Assembly: GCA_002269645.1 (NCBI GenBank)
Contig: NIVC01001309.1
Location: 1-64,000, forward strand
Length of the DNA stretch: 64,000 bases
Reading direction: 5' to 3'
Origin: Macrostomum lignano
Taxonomy: Eukaryota
Of this stretch, positions 52,955 through 64,000 are shown one piece after another. Each line of letters starts with the position of its first letter. Within the stretch, counting starts at the first letter, position 1. The notes under the pieces were generated by a model, which was not told the origin of the DNA, searched no databases, and was given only the letters and a program-made list of their open reading frames with translations. Made by a program: the position numbers and the translations under genes.

Positions 52955-55900
52955 ATGCCATCGATCGATGACTTGATTCGCGAGTTGTCACGAAGTTTTG
53001 AACTTCTTTCGGATGGTGAGGCCACAAGGTTCCAGCGGAAAAAGTCTTTAGAAACAATTTGGACAAAATCGAAGGAACACTTTAGCAGCCTCGCATCTGA
53101 TCGCGACGCTCAACAAGAACAGACGCAGCAATTTCTATCGTATTCTACAAAGTTTTTGGCCAGTAGCTTCTCAGACCAGACGGAGTTGATCCGGGAGAAA
53201 TCCATTGATATTGTGACCTACTTTGTACAGAATACTGAAGAACTTCCACAAGCAGTGTGCACCACCATTGTAAACATTCTCGTTGGCCGTCTGGGCCAGA
53301 ATCAAAAAGATGTTGTCGAGCCATCCGAGGAACTTCGGCTGAAGATGTCAATCTTACTTGATGCACTAATCAACAAGCTGCAGAAGAATTCGCACCTGTA
53401 CTTGTCAGAATTTACCCAGGTGATTGTCCAGATTCTTGACGACGCCTTTCACGAGGTTAAAAAGCAAGCTTGCAACACACTAAGTAACCTGGCTAAGCTG
53501 ACTGAAGGCTATTTTCACCCATTCACGGAGAAATTCATTAAGCCCTTGCTACATAATATTGCTCATCAGCATTCAAGAGTGAGAAAGGATGTCATCAGAA
53601 CTGTTGGTGATGTCATCCAGTATGGATCTGGAAAGCATGTTGATGATGTGCTCAGTCATTTGGCTCAAAGATTATTTGATGATTCACCCTTGGTTCGAGA
53701 AGAAGTCATTAATGTTGTTGGTACATGGCTTTTAGATTTGCCTGATCGCTATTCATTTTTCCATAAGTTGATCCCTTTGCTTCTAACTGGACTTTCTGAT
53801 GAGATTCCATCGATTGTGGAAAAGTCTGAGGCTTTTTGGGATGATATTGGTAAGTTTTTCAATTAGAACATTATTAACTAACTTATTTTAAGCATTTTTT
53901 AAAGAATTATCTTAAAAAGGCCTTTAAATGAAAATTATTCAGTTGTTATATAATAGAAGATTTGCACAAGTTAATTATACTGACAAAAAAATCACTTTTT
54001 ATCATATTTATATGAAATACCTATTTTTTGTTTCTTGGGTTATTGACTACTTATATGTTTGATTTATTTTTAATTTCATCCAGCTTATATAAAGAATGAA
54101 TTGATATACTTTTGGTATTACTTTAATATATAATATATTTATGTAAAGATTTTAAGATAAAACTTTTCTATGTATATCTATAGTGTTTATTTAATATAAT
54201 TCTTGCATTATATATATCTATGCCTACTTTAATTATATATTTTCTAGTTTTTATTTTGAATGCATTTGATTTTGTATTGTTTTTGTTGGTCTAGGTCTAT
54301 TAAAAATTCTTATAATTTTTTTACTAAAGCCTTGGTTAATGATCATCAAAAATTCAATAATTAAAATGCTAGAATTGAACTATATAACCTATCTATATTA
54401 CTAATTTAAAAAAATATATTTTAACTATGCTTCTAAGCATAAAAGTAATATTAACTATACTTTTCAATCCTGTTAGGTTGATCTATCAAAATTAGAATAA
54501 ATCAGTCATCTTAACTTTATATAGGATATAAAATTTTATATTATATAAATATACTACTCTTCTTACTACTAACCAGGTGCCAAGTTTGAGGCTGAGAATG
54601 AAGAGGACCTAAAAGACAAGCAGGACTTTGCTACCTTGTGTCCGGAACACTACCCAGTGCCACCAGCTAAGCGACCAAATCTTGGCTGCAGAACTTTGGT
54701 GAATCGCAATCTCTCGAAGGTTGGTGATTAAAAGCATAATTAGAAAATTGGCAATCTGCTTTACAACAGAGTTTAAGCTTGGGGTTGAAATAAGTAATGT
54801 AGAAAATAAAGGACTTCTGCTGTAATCTACAGAGCTAGTTGAAAAATATACCTCACATTCTAAGTTAGAAGGGGGCAGAAACCAGAGCCACGATTGTCAG
54901 AGGGGGCGGAAAACCAGCTTCCACAATTGTCAGAGGGGGCGGAAAACCAGCTTCCACAATTGTCAGAGGGGGTGGAAAACCAGCTTCCACAATTGTCAGA
55001 GGGGGAGGAAAACCAGCTTCCACAATTGTCAGAGGGGGCGGAAAACCAGCTTCCATGATTGTCAGAGGGGGCCGAAAAACTAAGCAGTCAGCGCGCCGCC
55101 CCCGCCCGCAGATCCTGCCGCCCCTATCCCGCGACCTCACCGACTGGGTGGCCTCCACCCGGCTGAAGTCCGCCCAGCTGCTGCCGCATCTGATCCTGGC
55201 GGCCGAGTCCTACACGACCCAGCACCTGGAGACGCTGCTCACCGCCGCCTATCGGGCCGCAGCTGACGACGAGGCCGGCGTTCGCCGCGGCGTAGACCAG
55301 GCAATCTTCTACGCCAGCCACTTTGCCGAGCCGTCGCTCTGGTGGCGCCTCGTCGGGCCGCACGTCAAGCGGTCCGCGGACGGCAACCGGCAGCTCGCCA
55401 GCGCCCTCCGCGTGCTGACCCGCCTGCTGGCCGGTGCTGAGCCACGCCTGGCCCGGCCGCTGCTGCCCGAGGTGGCCGCCGCTCTGGCCGCCAGCGATGT
55501 CGCCTGCGGCGCCTACGGCTTGGATACTAAATGGCGCCTGTTGAAGTGCTTGGATAGTCTTGTTGGAGTGTGCGACTCTGCGGCGGTTAGTGACTGCGGT
55601 TTCATGGGCCTCTTCACCCTGTCACTCTCCCTGTCACTCCACTTGTCACTCTCCTTATCATCCATCCTGTCACTCTCCCTGTCACTCCACTTGTCACTCA
55701 CCCTATCATCCACCCATGTCACTCTCCCTGTCACTCCACTTGTCACTCACCCTATCATCCACCCATGTCACTCTCCCTGTCACTCCACTTGTCACTCTCC
55801 TTATCATCCACCCTGTCACTCTCCCTGTCACTCCACTTGTCACTCTCCTTATCACCCACCCTGTCACTCCACTTGTCACTCTCCTTATCATCCACCCTGT

Positions 55901-58720
55901 CACTCCACTTGTCACTCTCCTTATCATCCACCCTGTCACTCTCCCTCTCACTCTCCCTGTCTCTCTACTTGTCACTCTCCCTATCATCCACCCTGTCACT
56001 CCATGTCACTCCACTTGTCACTCTCCTTATCATCCACCCTGTCACTCTCCCTCTCACTCTCCCTGTCTCTCTACTTGTCACTCTCCCTATCATCCACCCT
56101 GTCACTCCCTGTCACTCCACTTGTCAGTCTCCTTATCATCCACCTTTTCACTCTCCCTGTCACTCTTCTTGTCACTGTCACTCACTATCACTCTACTTTC
56201 CATTTTGTATCATAATTTATCTCACCCTCATCTCTGACCCACCCCGTCAAACTATGTGTCACTGTGCCATCCTTCACTCTATCGCAGCCCCAGAGCACTG
56301 GCACTGAACCAACACCCGCAGATAGAGGAGATAGCCGAGCCGGTCTATTACACCATACTGGCCGTGATGACTCTGCCAAACATCAAGGACGATGCCGCTG
56401 CTGCTGTTGATCCTTGCGACGGCGCCCAGCCGCCGCAGCAGGCCCTGCTGGCCGAGTGCCGCCAGCTGCTCGGCCGCCTGTCCGAGAGGCTGGGCCTGCC
56501 CGACCCGGCCTGCCTCGCTGCGCTGCATCGGAAGTACTTTGGCACCTGCCTGGCCAGGCTCAAGGTGGGCTGGCGAAGTGGGGATGAGACTGAGAGGGAG
56601 ACAGAGAGAGGAGAGACTGAGAGGGTGAGACTGAGAGAGTAAGACTGAGAGAGTGAGACTGAGAGAGGGAGACTGAGAGATGGAGACTGAGAGATGGAGA
56701 CTGAGAGCGGGAGACTGAGAGATGGAGACTGAGAGAGGGAGACTGAGAGATGGAGACTGAGAGCGGGAGACTGATGAGAAAGGGAGACTGGGAGCGGGAG
56801 ACTGAGAGATGCAGACTGAGAGCGGGAGACTGAGAGAGGGAGACAAAGAGGAAGACTTAGGGGGAGAGACCTGGCCCACGGTTAAAATTAAATGATCAAC
56901 ACGCGGTTCCAACCTCATTGCAGCGCACATTCACTGACTGGACCAAGCACAGTTATGAGAGGGCCATATTGGACACCCTGTGCTTGGAGGCCGGGCCCGT
57001 GGTTGGTGCCCACCTGCCCGACCTCATGGAGGTGTTTCGGGTCTGCCTGCATGTGGACAAAGATGTGGAACTGCGGCTAAAGCTGTTCCTGCTGCTGGCC
57101 AGGCTGTGCGCTAGGAGTGCCGAGACAGTGGACTCTTGTGTGAGTGTCCTGTGCTTGTCTCCTCGGTAGTTTTTCGGTTTTACATTCTGTAGTTTCCCAG
57201 TGTTACATTCGGTAGTTTCCCAGTGTTACATTCGGTAGTTTCCAGTGTTACATTCGGTAGTTTCCAGTGTTACATTCGGTAGTTTCCCAGTGTTACATTC
57301 GGTAGTTTCCCAGTGTTACATTCGGTAGTTTCCCAGTGTTACATTCGGTAGTTTCCAGTTTTATATTCAGTAGTTTCCCAGTGTTACATTCGGTAGTTTC
57401 CAGTGTTACATTCGGTAGTTTCCAGTGTTACATTCGGTAGTTTCCCAGTGTTACATTCGGTAGTTTCCAGTGTTACATTCGGTAGTTTCCCAGTGTTACA
57501 TTCGGTAGTTTCCCAGTGTTACATTCGGTAGTTTCCCAGTGTTACATTCGGTAGTTTCCAGTTTTATATTCAGTAGTTTCCCAGTGTTACATTCGGTAGT
57601 TTCCAGTGTTAAATTCGGTAGTTTCCAGTTTTATATTCAGTAGTTTCCCAGTGTTACATTCGGTAGTTTTTAGTTTTCCAATAAAAACCCTACATCCGCA
57701 TTGCAGTTTCCAATACCTACATCGGCAGTTTCCCTACCCTACCCCATCCGCAGGGCCAGCTTCCCGAGCACATCCCGGACATCATCGGGCAGCTCATTCT
57801 GCCCAACTGTCGCTGGCGGGCCGGTCGCACGGCCGAAGCGATTCGCCGAGTAGCCGTCGCCTGTCTGTGGACCCTGCTGTCTGCCCAGTCCACTACCGAC
57901 TCGGATTCAACGATGTCGGAGTCCTTGAAGCCGGTTCTGGACGAGTTGCTGACCGCCTTGGGCTCCTTAATGGAGGACGACTCGCAGGAGACGAGGCACC
58001 TGGCTAGTCGCTGCCTCGGCAAAGTTCTGGCCACCTCCGGCCCGGCCATGGACGCCGACAAGGTGCACCAGTTCTACCCGAGCCTGGTCAAGCGCCTGGA
58101 CGACTCCAGCGATGCTGTGCGGCTGAGCGCCTGCGAAGCCTGGCTGGTCTGGCTGGGGGTGACCGCTCAGAGCTTCAGGAGCTCACCCGATCTCTATGCC
58201 GCTCATCTGCAGGTGAGAATAGACTAGGGTGTGAGATTTTGGTGGTTCAGTGTGAGATTTTGGTTCAGTGTGAGATTTTGGTGGTTCAGTGTGAGATTTT
58301 GGTGGTTTAGTGTGAGATTTTGGTGGTTCAGTGTGAGATTTTGGTGGTTCAGTGTGAGATTTTGGTGGTTCAGTGTGAGATTTTGGTGGTTCAGTGCGAG
58401 ATCAGGATATGAGCACGGTATGAGATTTTAGTGGTTCAGGGTGAGATCAGGGTGTGAGATTTTGGTGTTTCAAGTTTAGAATTCAAGTTAGGGTTTCCAA
58501 TCCCATCAAATTGCACTGCAAGGACATCTACCGCGGACTACTAGTACACCTGGACGATCAGGACTCGCGCATTCGCTCGGCCGTCTACGGCGTCCTGGCC
58601 GTTGCCGGGCGGCTGCACAGCCGCCTGCTCGCTGAGGAGGTGCAGCGGGTGCGGCACAAGCACCGAGACGAGGCCCTGCTGACCCGCCTGCTTGACGAGT
58701 GCCAGCGCGACTCTGAATGA
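52955..58720 (+). CDS. DNAAF5: Dynein axonemal assembly factor 5 (HEAT repeat-containing protein 2), 875 aa; exons 52955-53849, 54577-54719, 55112-55585, 56322-56564, 56924-57139, 57754-58212, 58523-58720
   Basis: HEAT repeats and recognisable motifs: [115 protein letters not shown] phases are consistent (total 2628 nt). AATAAA at 58795-58800. Confidence 0.95.
54890..55075. repeat. 33-bp minisatellite, DNAAF5 intron 2
   Basis: TTGTCAGAGGGGGCGGAAAACCAGCTTCCACAA, about 6 copies. Confidence 0.93.
55615..56175. repeat. CTGTCACTC-based pyrimidine-rich repeat, DNAAF5 intron 3
   Basis: Variable units built from CTGTCACTC[C/T]C and TATCATCCACC. Confidence 0.92.
56585..56845. repeat. ~14-bp GAGACTGAGAG repeat, DNAAF5 intron 4
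   Basis: Direct reading. Confidence 0.92.
57190..57665. repeat. 22/23-bp minisatellite (TTACATTCGGTAGTTTCCCAGTG), DNAAF5 intron 5
   Basis: About 20 copies. Confidence 0.95.
58228..58470. repeat. 21-bp minisatellite (GTGTGAGATTTTGGTGGTTCA), DNAAF5 intron 6
   Basis: About 10 copies. Confidence 0.93.
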
Positions 58721-59204
58721 ATTTGCCAGTGACTAGATACCGGCACGCCTCCAATAGGACTCTACGGCCCCTGAGTCGTTTCAGAGTTTCAGACAATAAA
58801 CCGCCTCAAACTGGCTCTTAGGCGACTTTTATCGCAAAATTTCATCTTTTTACAGTCGTCTAGAGTTACGTTACTTTCCTGTTTTACTTGTGTTACCTGC
58901 AACGACTCTTGGGACGGCTTCTTGGCCTGGGTACCGTTTTCATCGGGCTTGCTCCATCTTTTTTCTCCGTCCATTCAACCCCATGAGCTGTAGTGTGTTT
59001 TGCTGTTGTCTGCTATTGTCCCATTTTATTAGCCGTGCTTAATAATACTTATTGTTATTAATAATAATGATGATAATGATGATTTTCTATCCTTAAACAA
59101 CTTTAATAAGCTACTGCTGCCTAACACATCTTGAAAGTTGATCAACAAATGGAGCTTAGCTTGTGTTATTATATTTAATTTCTTGTTGAAAATTGAGTAC
59201 TTCC

Positions 59205-62200
59205 ATGGATGCCTCTTACAGAATGACTTCCATGCCTCATTACACAATGACTTCCATGCCTCATTACACAATGACTTCCATCCCTCATTACAGAATGACT
59301 TCCATCCCTCATTACAGAATGACTTCCATCCCTCATTACACAATGACTTCCATCCCTCATTACACAATGACTTCCATCCCTCATTACACAATGACTTCCA
59401 TCCCTCATTACACAATGACTTCCATCCATCATTACAGAATGACTTCCATCCCTCATTACACAATGACTTCCATCCATCATTACACAATGACTTCCATCCC
59501 TCATTACAGAATGACTTCCATCCCTCATTACAGAATGACTTCCATCCCTCATTACACAATGACTTCCATCCCTCATTACACAATGACTTCCATCCCTCAT
59601 TACACAATGACTTCCATCCATCATTACAGAATGACTTCCATCCCTCATTACACAATGACTTCCATCCCTCATTACACAATGACTTCCATCCCTCATTACA
59701 CAATGACTTCCATCCCTCATTACAGAATGACTTCCATCCCTCATTACAGAATGACTTCCATCCCTCATTACACAATGACTTCCATCCCTCATTACACAAT
59801 GACTTCCATCCCTCATTACACAATGACTTCCATCCATCATTACAGAATGACTTCCATCCCTCATTACACAATGACTTCCATCCCTCATTACACAATGACT
59901 TCCATCCCTCATTACACAATGACTTCCATCCATCATTACAGAATGACTTCCATCCCTCATTACACAATGACTTCCATCCATCATTACACAATGACTTCCA
60001 TCCCTCATTACACAATGACTTCCATCCCTCATTACACAATGACTTCCATCCCTCATTACACAATGACTTCCATCCATCATTACACAATGACTTCCATCCC
60101 TCATTACACAATGACTTCCATCCCTCATTACACAATGACTTCCATCCATCATTACAGAATGACTTCCATCCCTCATTACACAATGACTTCCATCCCTCAT
60201 TACACAATGACTTCCATCCATCATTACACAATGACTTCCATCCATCATTACACAATGACTTCCATCCCTCATTACACAATGACTTCCATCCCTCATTACA
60301 GAATGACTTCCATCCCTCATTACACAATGACTTCCATCCCTCATTACACAATGACTTCCATCCCTCATTACACAATGACTTCCATCCCTCATTACAGAAT
60401 GACTTCCATCCCTCATTACAGAATGACTTCCATCCCTCATTACAGAATGACTTCCATCCCTCATTACACAATGACTTCCATCCCTCATTACAGAATGACT
60501 TCCATCCCTCATTACACAATGACTTCCATCCCTCATTACAGAATGACTTCCATCCCTCATTACACAATGACTTCCATCCCTCATTACAGAATGACTTCCA
60601 TCCCTCATTACACAATGACTTCCATCCCTCATTACAGAATGACTTCCATCCCTCATTACACAATGACTTCCATCCATCATTACAGAATGACTTCCATCCC
60701 TCATTACACAATGACTTCCATCCCTCATTACACAATGACTTCCATCCCTCATTACACAATGACTTCCATCCCTCATTACAGAATGACTTCCATCCCTCAT
60801 TACAGAATGACTTCCATCCCTCATTACAGAATGACTTCCATCCCTCATTACACAATGACTTCCATCCCTCATTACAGAATGACTTCCATCCCTCATTACA
60901 GAATGACTTCCATCCCTCATTACACAATGACTTCCATCCCTCATTACAGAATGACTTCCATCCCTGATTACACAATGACTTCCATCCCTCATTACAGAAT
61001 GACTTCCATCCCTCATTGCAGAATGACTTCCATCCCTCATTACACAATGACTTCCATCCCTCATTGCAGAATGACTTCCATCCCTCATTACAGAATGACT
61101 TCCATCCCTGATTACACAATGACTTCCATCCATCATTACAGAATGACTTCCATCCCTCATTACACAATGACTTCCATCCCTCATTACAGAATGACTTCCA
61201 TCCCTCATTACACAATGACTTCCATCCCTCATTACACAATGACTTCCATCCCTCATTACACAATGACTTCCATCCCTCATTACACAATGACTTCCATCCC
61301 TCATTACACAATGACTTCCATCCCTCATTACACAATGACTTCCATCCCTCATTACACAATGACTTCCATCCCTCATTACAGAATGACTTCCATCCCTCAT
61401 TACAGAATGACTTCCATCCCTCATTACACAATGACTTCCATCCCTCATTACACAATGACTTCCATCCCTCATTACACAATGACTTCCATCCATCATTACA
61501 GAATGACTTCCATCCCTCATTACACAATGACTTCCATCCATCATTACACAATGACTTCCATCCCTCATTACAGAATGACTTCCATCCCTCATTACAGAAT
61601 GACTTCCATCCCTCATTACACAATGACTTCCATCCCTCATTACACAATGACTTCCATCCCTCATTACAGAATGACTTCCATCCCTCATTACACAATGACT
61701 TCCATCCCTCATTACGCAATGACTTCCATCCCTCATTACACAATGACTTCCATCCCTCATTACACAATGACTTCCATCCCTCATTACACAATGACTTCCA
61801 TCCCTCATTACACAATGACTTCCATCCCTCATTACACAATGACTTCCATCCATCATTACACAATGACTTCCATCCCTCATTACACAATGACTTCCATCCC
61901 TCATTACAGAATGACTTCCATCCCTCATTACAGAATGACTTCCATCCCTCATTACAGAATGACTTCCATCCCTCATTACACAATGACTTCCATCCCTCAT
62001 TACAGAATGACTTCCATCCCTCATTACAGAATGACTTCCATCCCTCATTACACAATGACTTCCATCCCTCATTACAGAATGACTTCCATCCCTCATTACA
62101 CAATGACTTCCATCCCTCATTACAGAATGACTTCCATCCCTCATTGCAGAATGACTTCCATCCCTCATTACACAATGACTTCCATCCCTCATTGCAGAAT

Positions 62201-63447
62201 GACTTCCATCCCTCATTACAGAATGACTTCCATCCCTGATTACACAATGACTTCCATCCCTCATTACACAATGACTTCCATCCCTCATTACACAATGACT
62301 TCCATCCCTCATTACAGAATGACTTCCATCCCTCATTACAGAATGACTTCCATCCCTCATTACACAATGACTTCCATCCCTCATTACACAATGACTTCCA
62401 TCCCTCATTACAGAATGACTTCCATCCCTCATTACACAATGACTTCCATCCCTCATTACAGAATGACTTCCATCCCTCATTACAGAATGACTTCCATCCC
62501 TCATTACACAATGACTTCCATCCCTCATTACACAATGACTTCCATCCCTCATTACAGAATGACTTCCATCCCTCATTACACAATGACTTCCATCCCTCAT
62601 TACACAATGACTTCCATCCCTCATTACACAATGACTTCCATCCCTCATTACACAATGACTTCCATCCCTCATTACAGAATGACTTCCATCCCTCATTACA
62701 CAATGACTTCCATCCCTCATTACACAATGACTTCCATCCCTCATTACACAATGACTTCCATCCCTCATTACACAATGACTTCCATCCCTCATTACAGAAT
62801 GACTTCCATCCCTCATTACACAATGACTTCCATCCATCATTACACAATGACTTCCATCCCTCATTACAGAATGACTTCCATCCCTCATTACACAATGACT
62901 TCCATCCCTCATTACACAATGACTTCCATCCCTCATTACACAATGACTTCCATCCCTCATTACACAATGACTTCCATCCCTCATTACACAATGACTTCCA
63001 TCCCTCATTACACAATGACTTCCATCCCTCATTACACAATGACTTCCATCCCTCATTACAGAATGACTTCCATCCCTCATTACACAATGACTTCCATCCC
63101 TCATTACACAATGACTTCCATCCCTCATTACACAATGACTTCCATCCCTCATTACACAATGACTTCCATCCCTCATTACACAATGACTTCCATCCCTCAT
63201 TACACAATGACTTCCATCCCTCATTACACAATGACTTCCATCCCTCATTACACAATGACTTCCATCCCTCATTACACAATGACTTCCATCCCTCATTACA
63301 GAATGACTTCCATCCCTCATTACAGAATGACTTCCATCCCTCATTACAGAATGACTTCCATCCCTCATTACAGAATGACTTCCATCCCTCATTACAGAAT
63401 GACTTCCATCCCTCATTACACAATGACTTCCATCCCTCATTGCAGAA
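59205..63447. repeat. 24-bp satellite (AATGACTTCCATCCCTCATTACA[C/G]), ~175 copies
   Basis: 4.2-kb near-perfect array with a few recurrent single-base variants. Confidence 0.98.
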
Positions 63448-64000
63448 TGCAATCAGTGTTAAAGAATTCAGTCTTTTTCACCGAAATTTGCAACGATTAA
63501 CACCAATGCTGTGCTTCTGTTTATCAGCTCTGAACTTTGTATTTATAAATAGAGAAGTTTTATGTTGCACAAAACCTGACAAAACAGATCGATACAGGGA
63601 CTGAGGAGACTCAGCCTCGGCTTGAGTAGCCGTGACAGCTAAAATTAGTGGGTATTTAGAAAAAATATTAAGGTACCAAGCCTTGAGAAAAATAAAAGAA
63701 ACACTAACACTACTTATATAGTAGAGCGGAGGCCGTTAAATTTTAGAATTGAACTGGGGGGAGGTGCTGGAACGGCAGCCTTTGGATGCCAGTAATAATT
63801 ATCTATCACGCGCCAGAATTTGATTATGTAACGATTTTCAATGAAAACACACCTGGAACCTATTCTCCAAGTCATGCTACTGTCTAATTTGCACAAGTAG
63901 CATAATTGGGATATCCAGTGTAAAAATGTGATAAAGTAAGAAATTACGATTGAATTTATTGCCGCAGGCGCAGTGACGCAGAGCAAGTGATAAATAAGTT

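Noticed and set aside
59029-63500. 1464-, 1425-, 1435- and 609-aa ORFs (CNEGWKSL, VMRDGSHC and similar repeats)
   Set aside because: They are stop-free translations of a 24-bp satellite, open in several frames on both strands, with no unique domain.

Overview
Eukaryotic, intron-containing genomic DNA. It is rich in minisatellites, with GC-rich and Gln/Ala/Gly-run exons. This style resembles a free-living flatworm such as Macrostomum, which is an inference only. Five protein-coding genes can be reconstructed by reading splice sites by hand. (1) A single-exon amidated neuropeptide precursor on the minus strand (944-1539) encodes 9x AWHAGSRLamide plus VWSAQSRLamide and carries a 1-bp frameshift in repeat 7. 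(2) A 5-exon protein on the minus strand (12885-19940) has an N-terminal CCDC43/PWI-like region and C-terminal tandem CCCH zinc fingers. (3) A 4-exon, 214-aa type II membrane TNF-superfamily ligand of the EDA/Eiger type lies on the plus strand (29994-31597); the ORF track shows it only as fragments. (4) A 2-exon NPY/RFamide-type class A GPCR with divergent motifs lies on the minus strand (43075-46599). (5) DNAAF5/HEATR2 has 7 exons and 875 aa on the plus strand (52955-58720). Mobile DNA comprises a Penelope RT fragment, a decayed Ty3/Gypsy gag-pro-RT remnant, three hAT-type non-autonomous elements with perfect 8-bp TSDs, two copies of a GGCGTCGCCA-TIR MITE, and a 2.2-kb solo-LTR-like element with a 4-bp TSD and a full promoter set. 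About 25 distinct tandem arrays fill most introns and intergenic gaps, and they account for nearly all the long ORFs in the track. All calls are by eye; no database searches were run.
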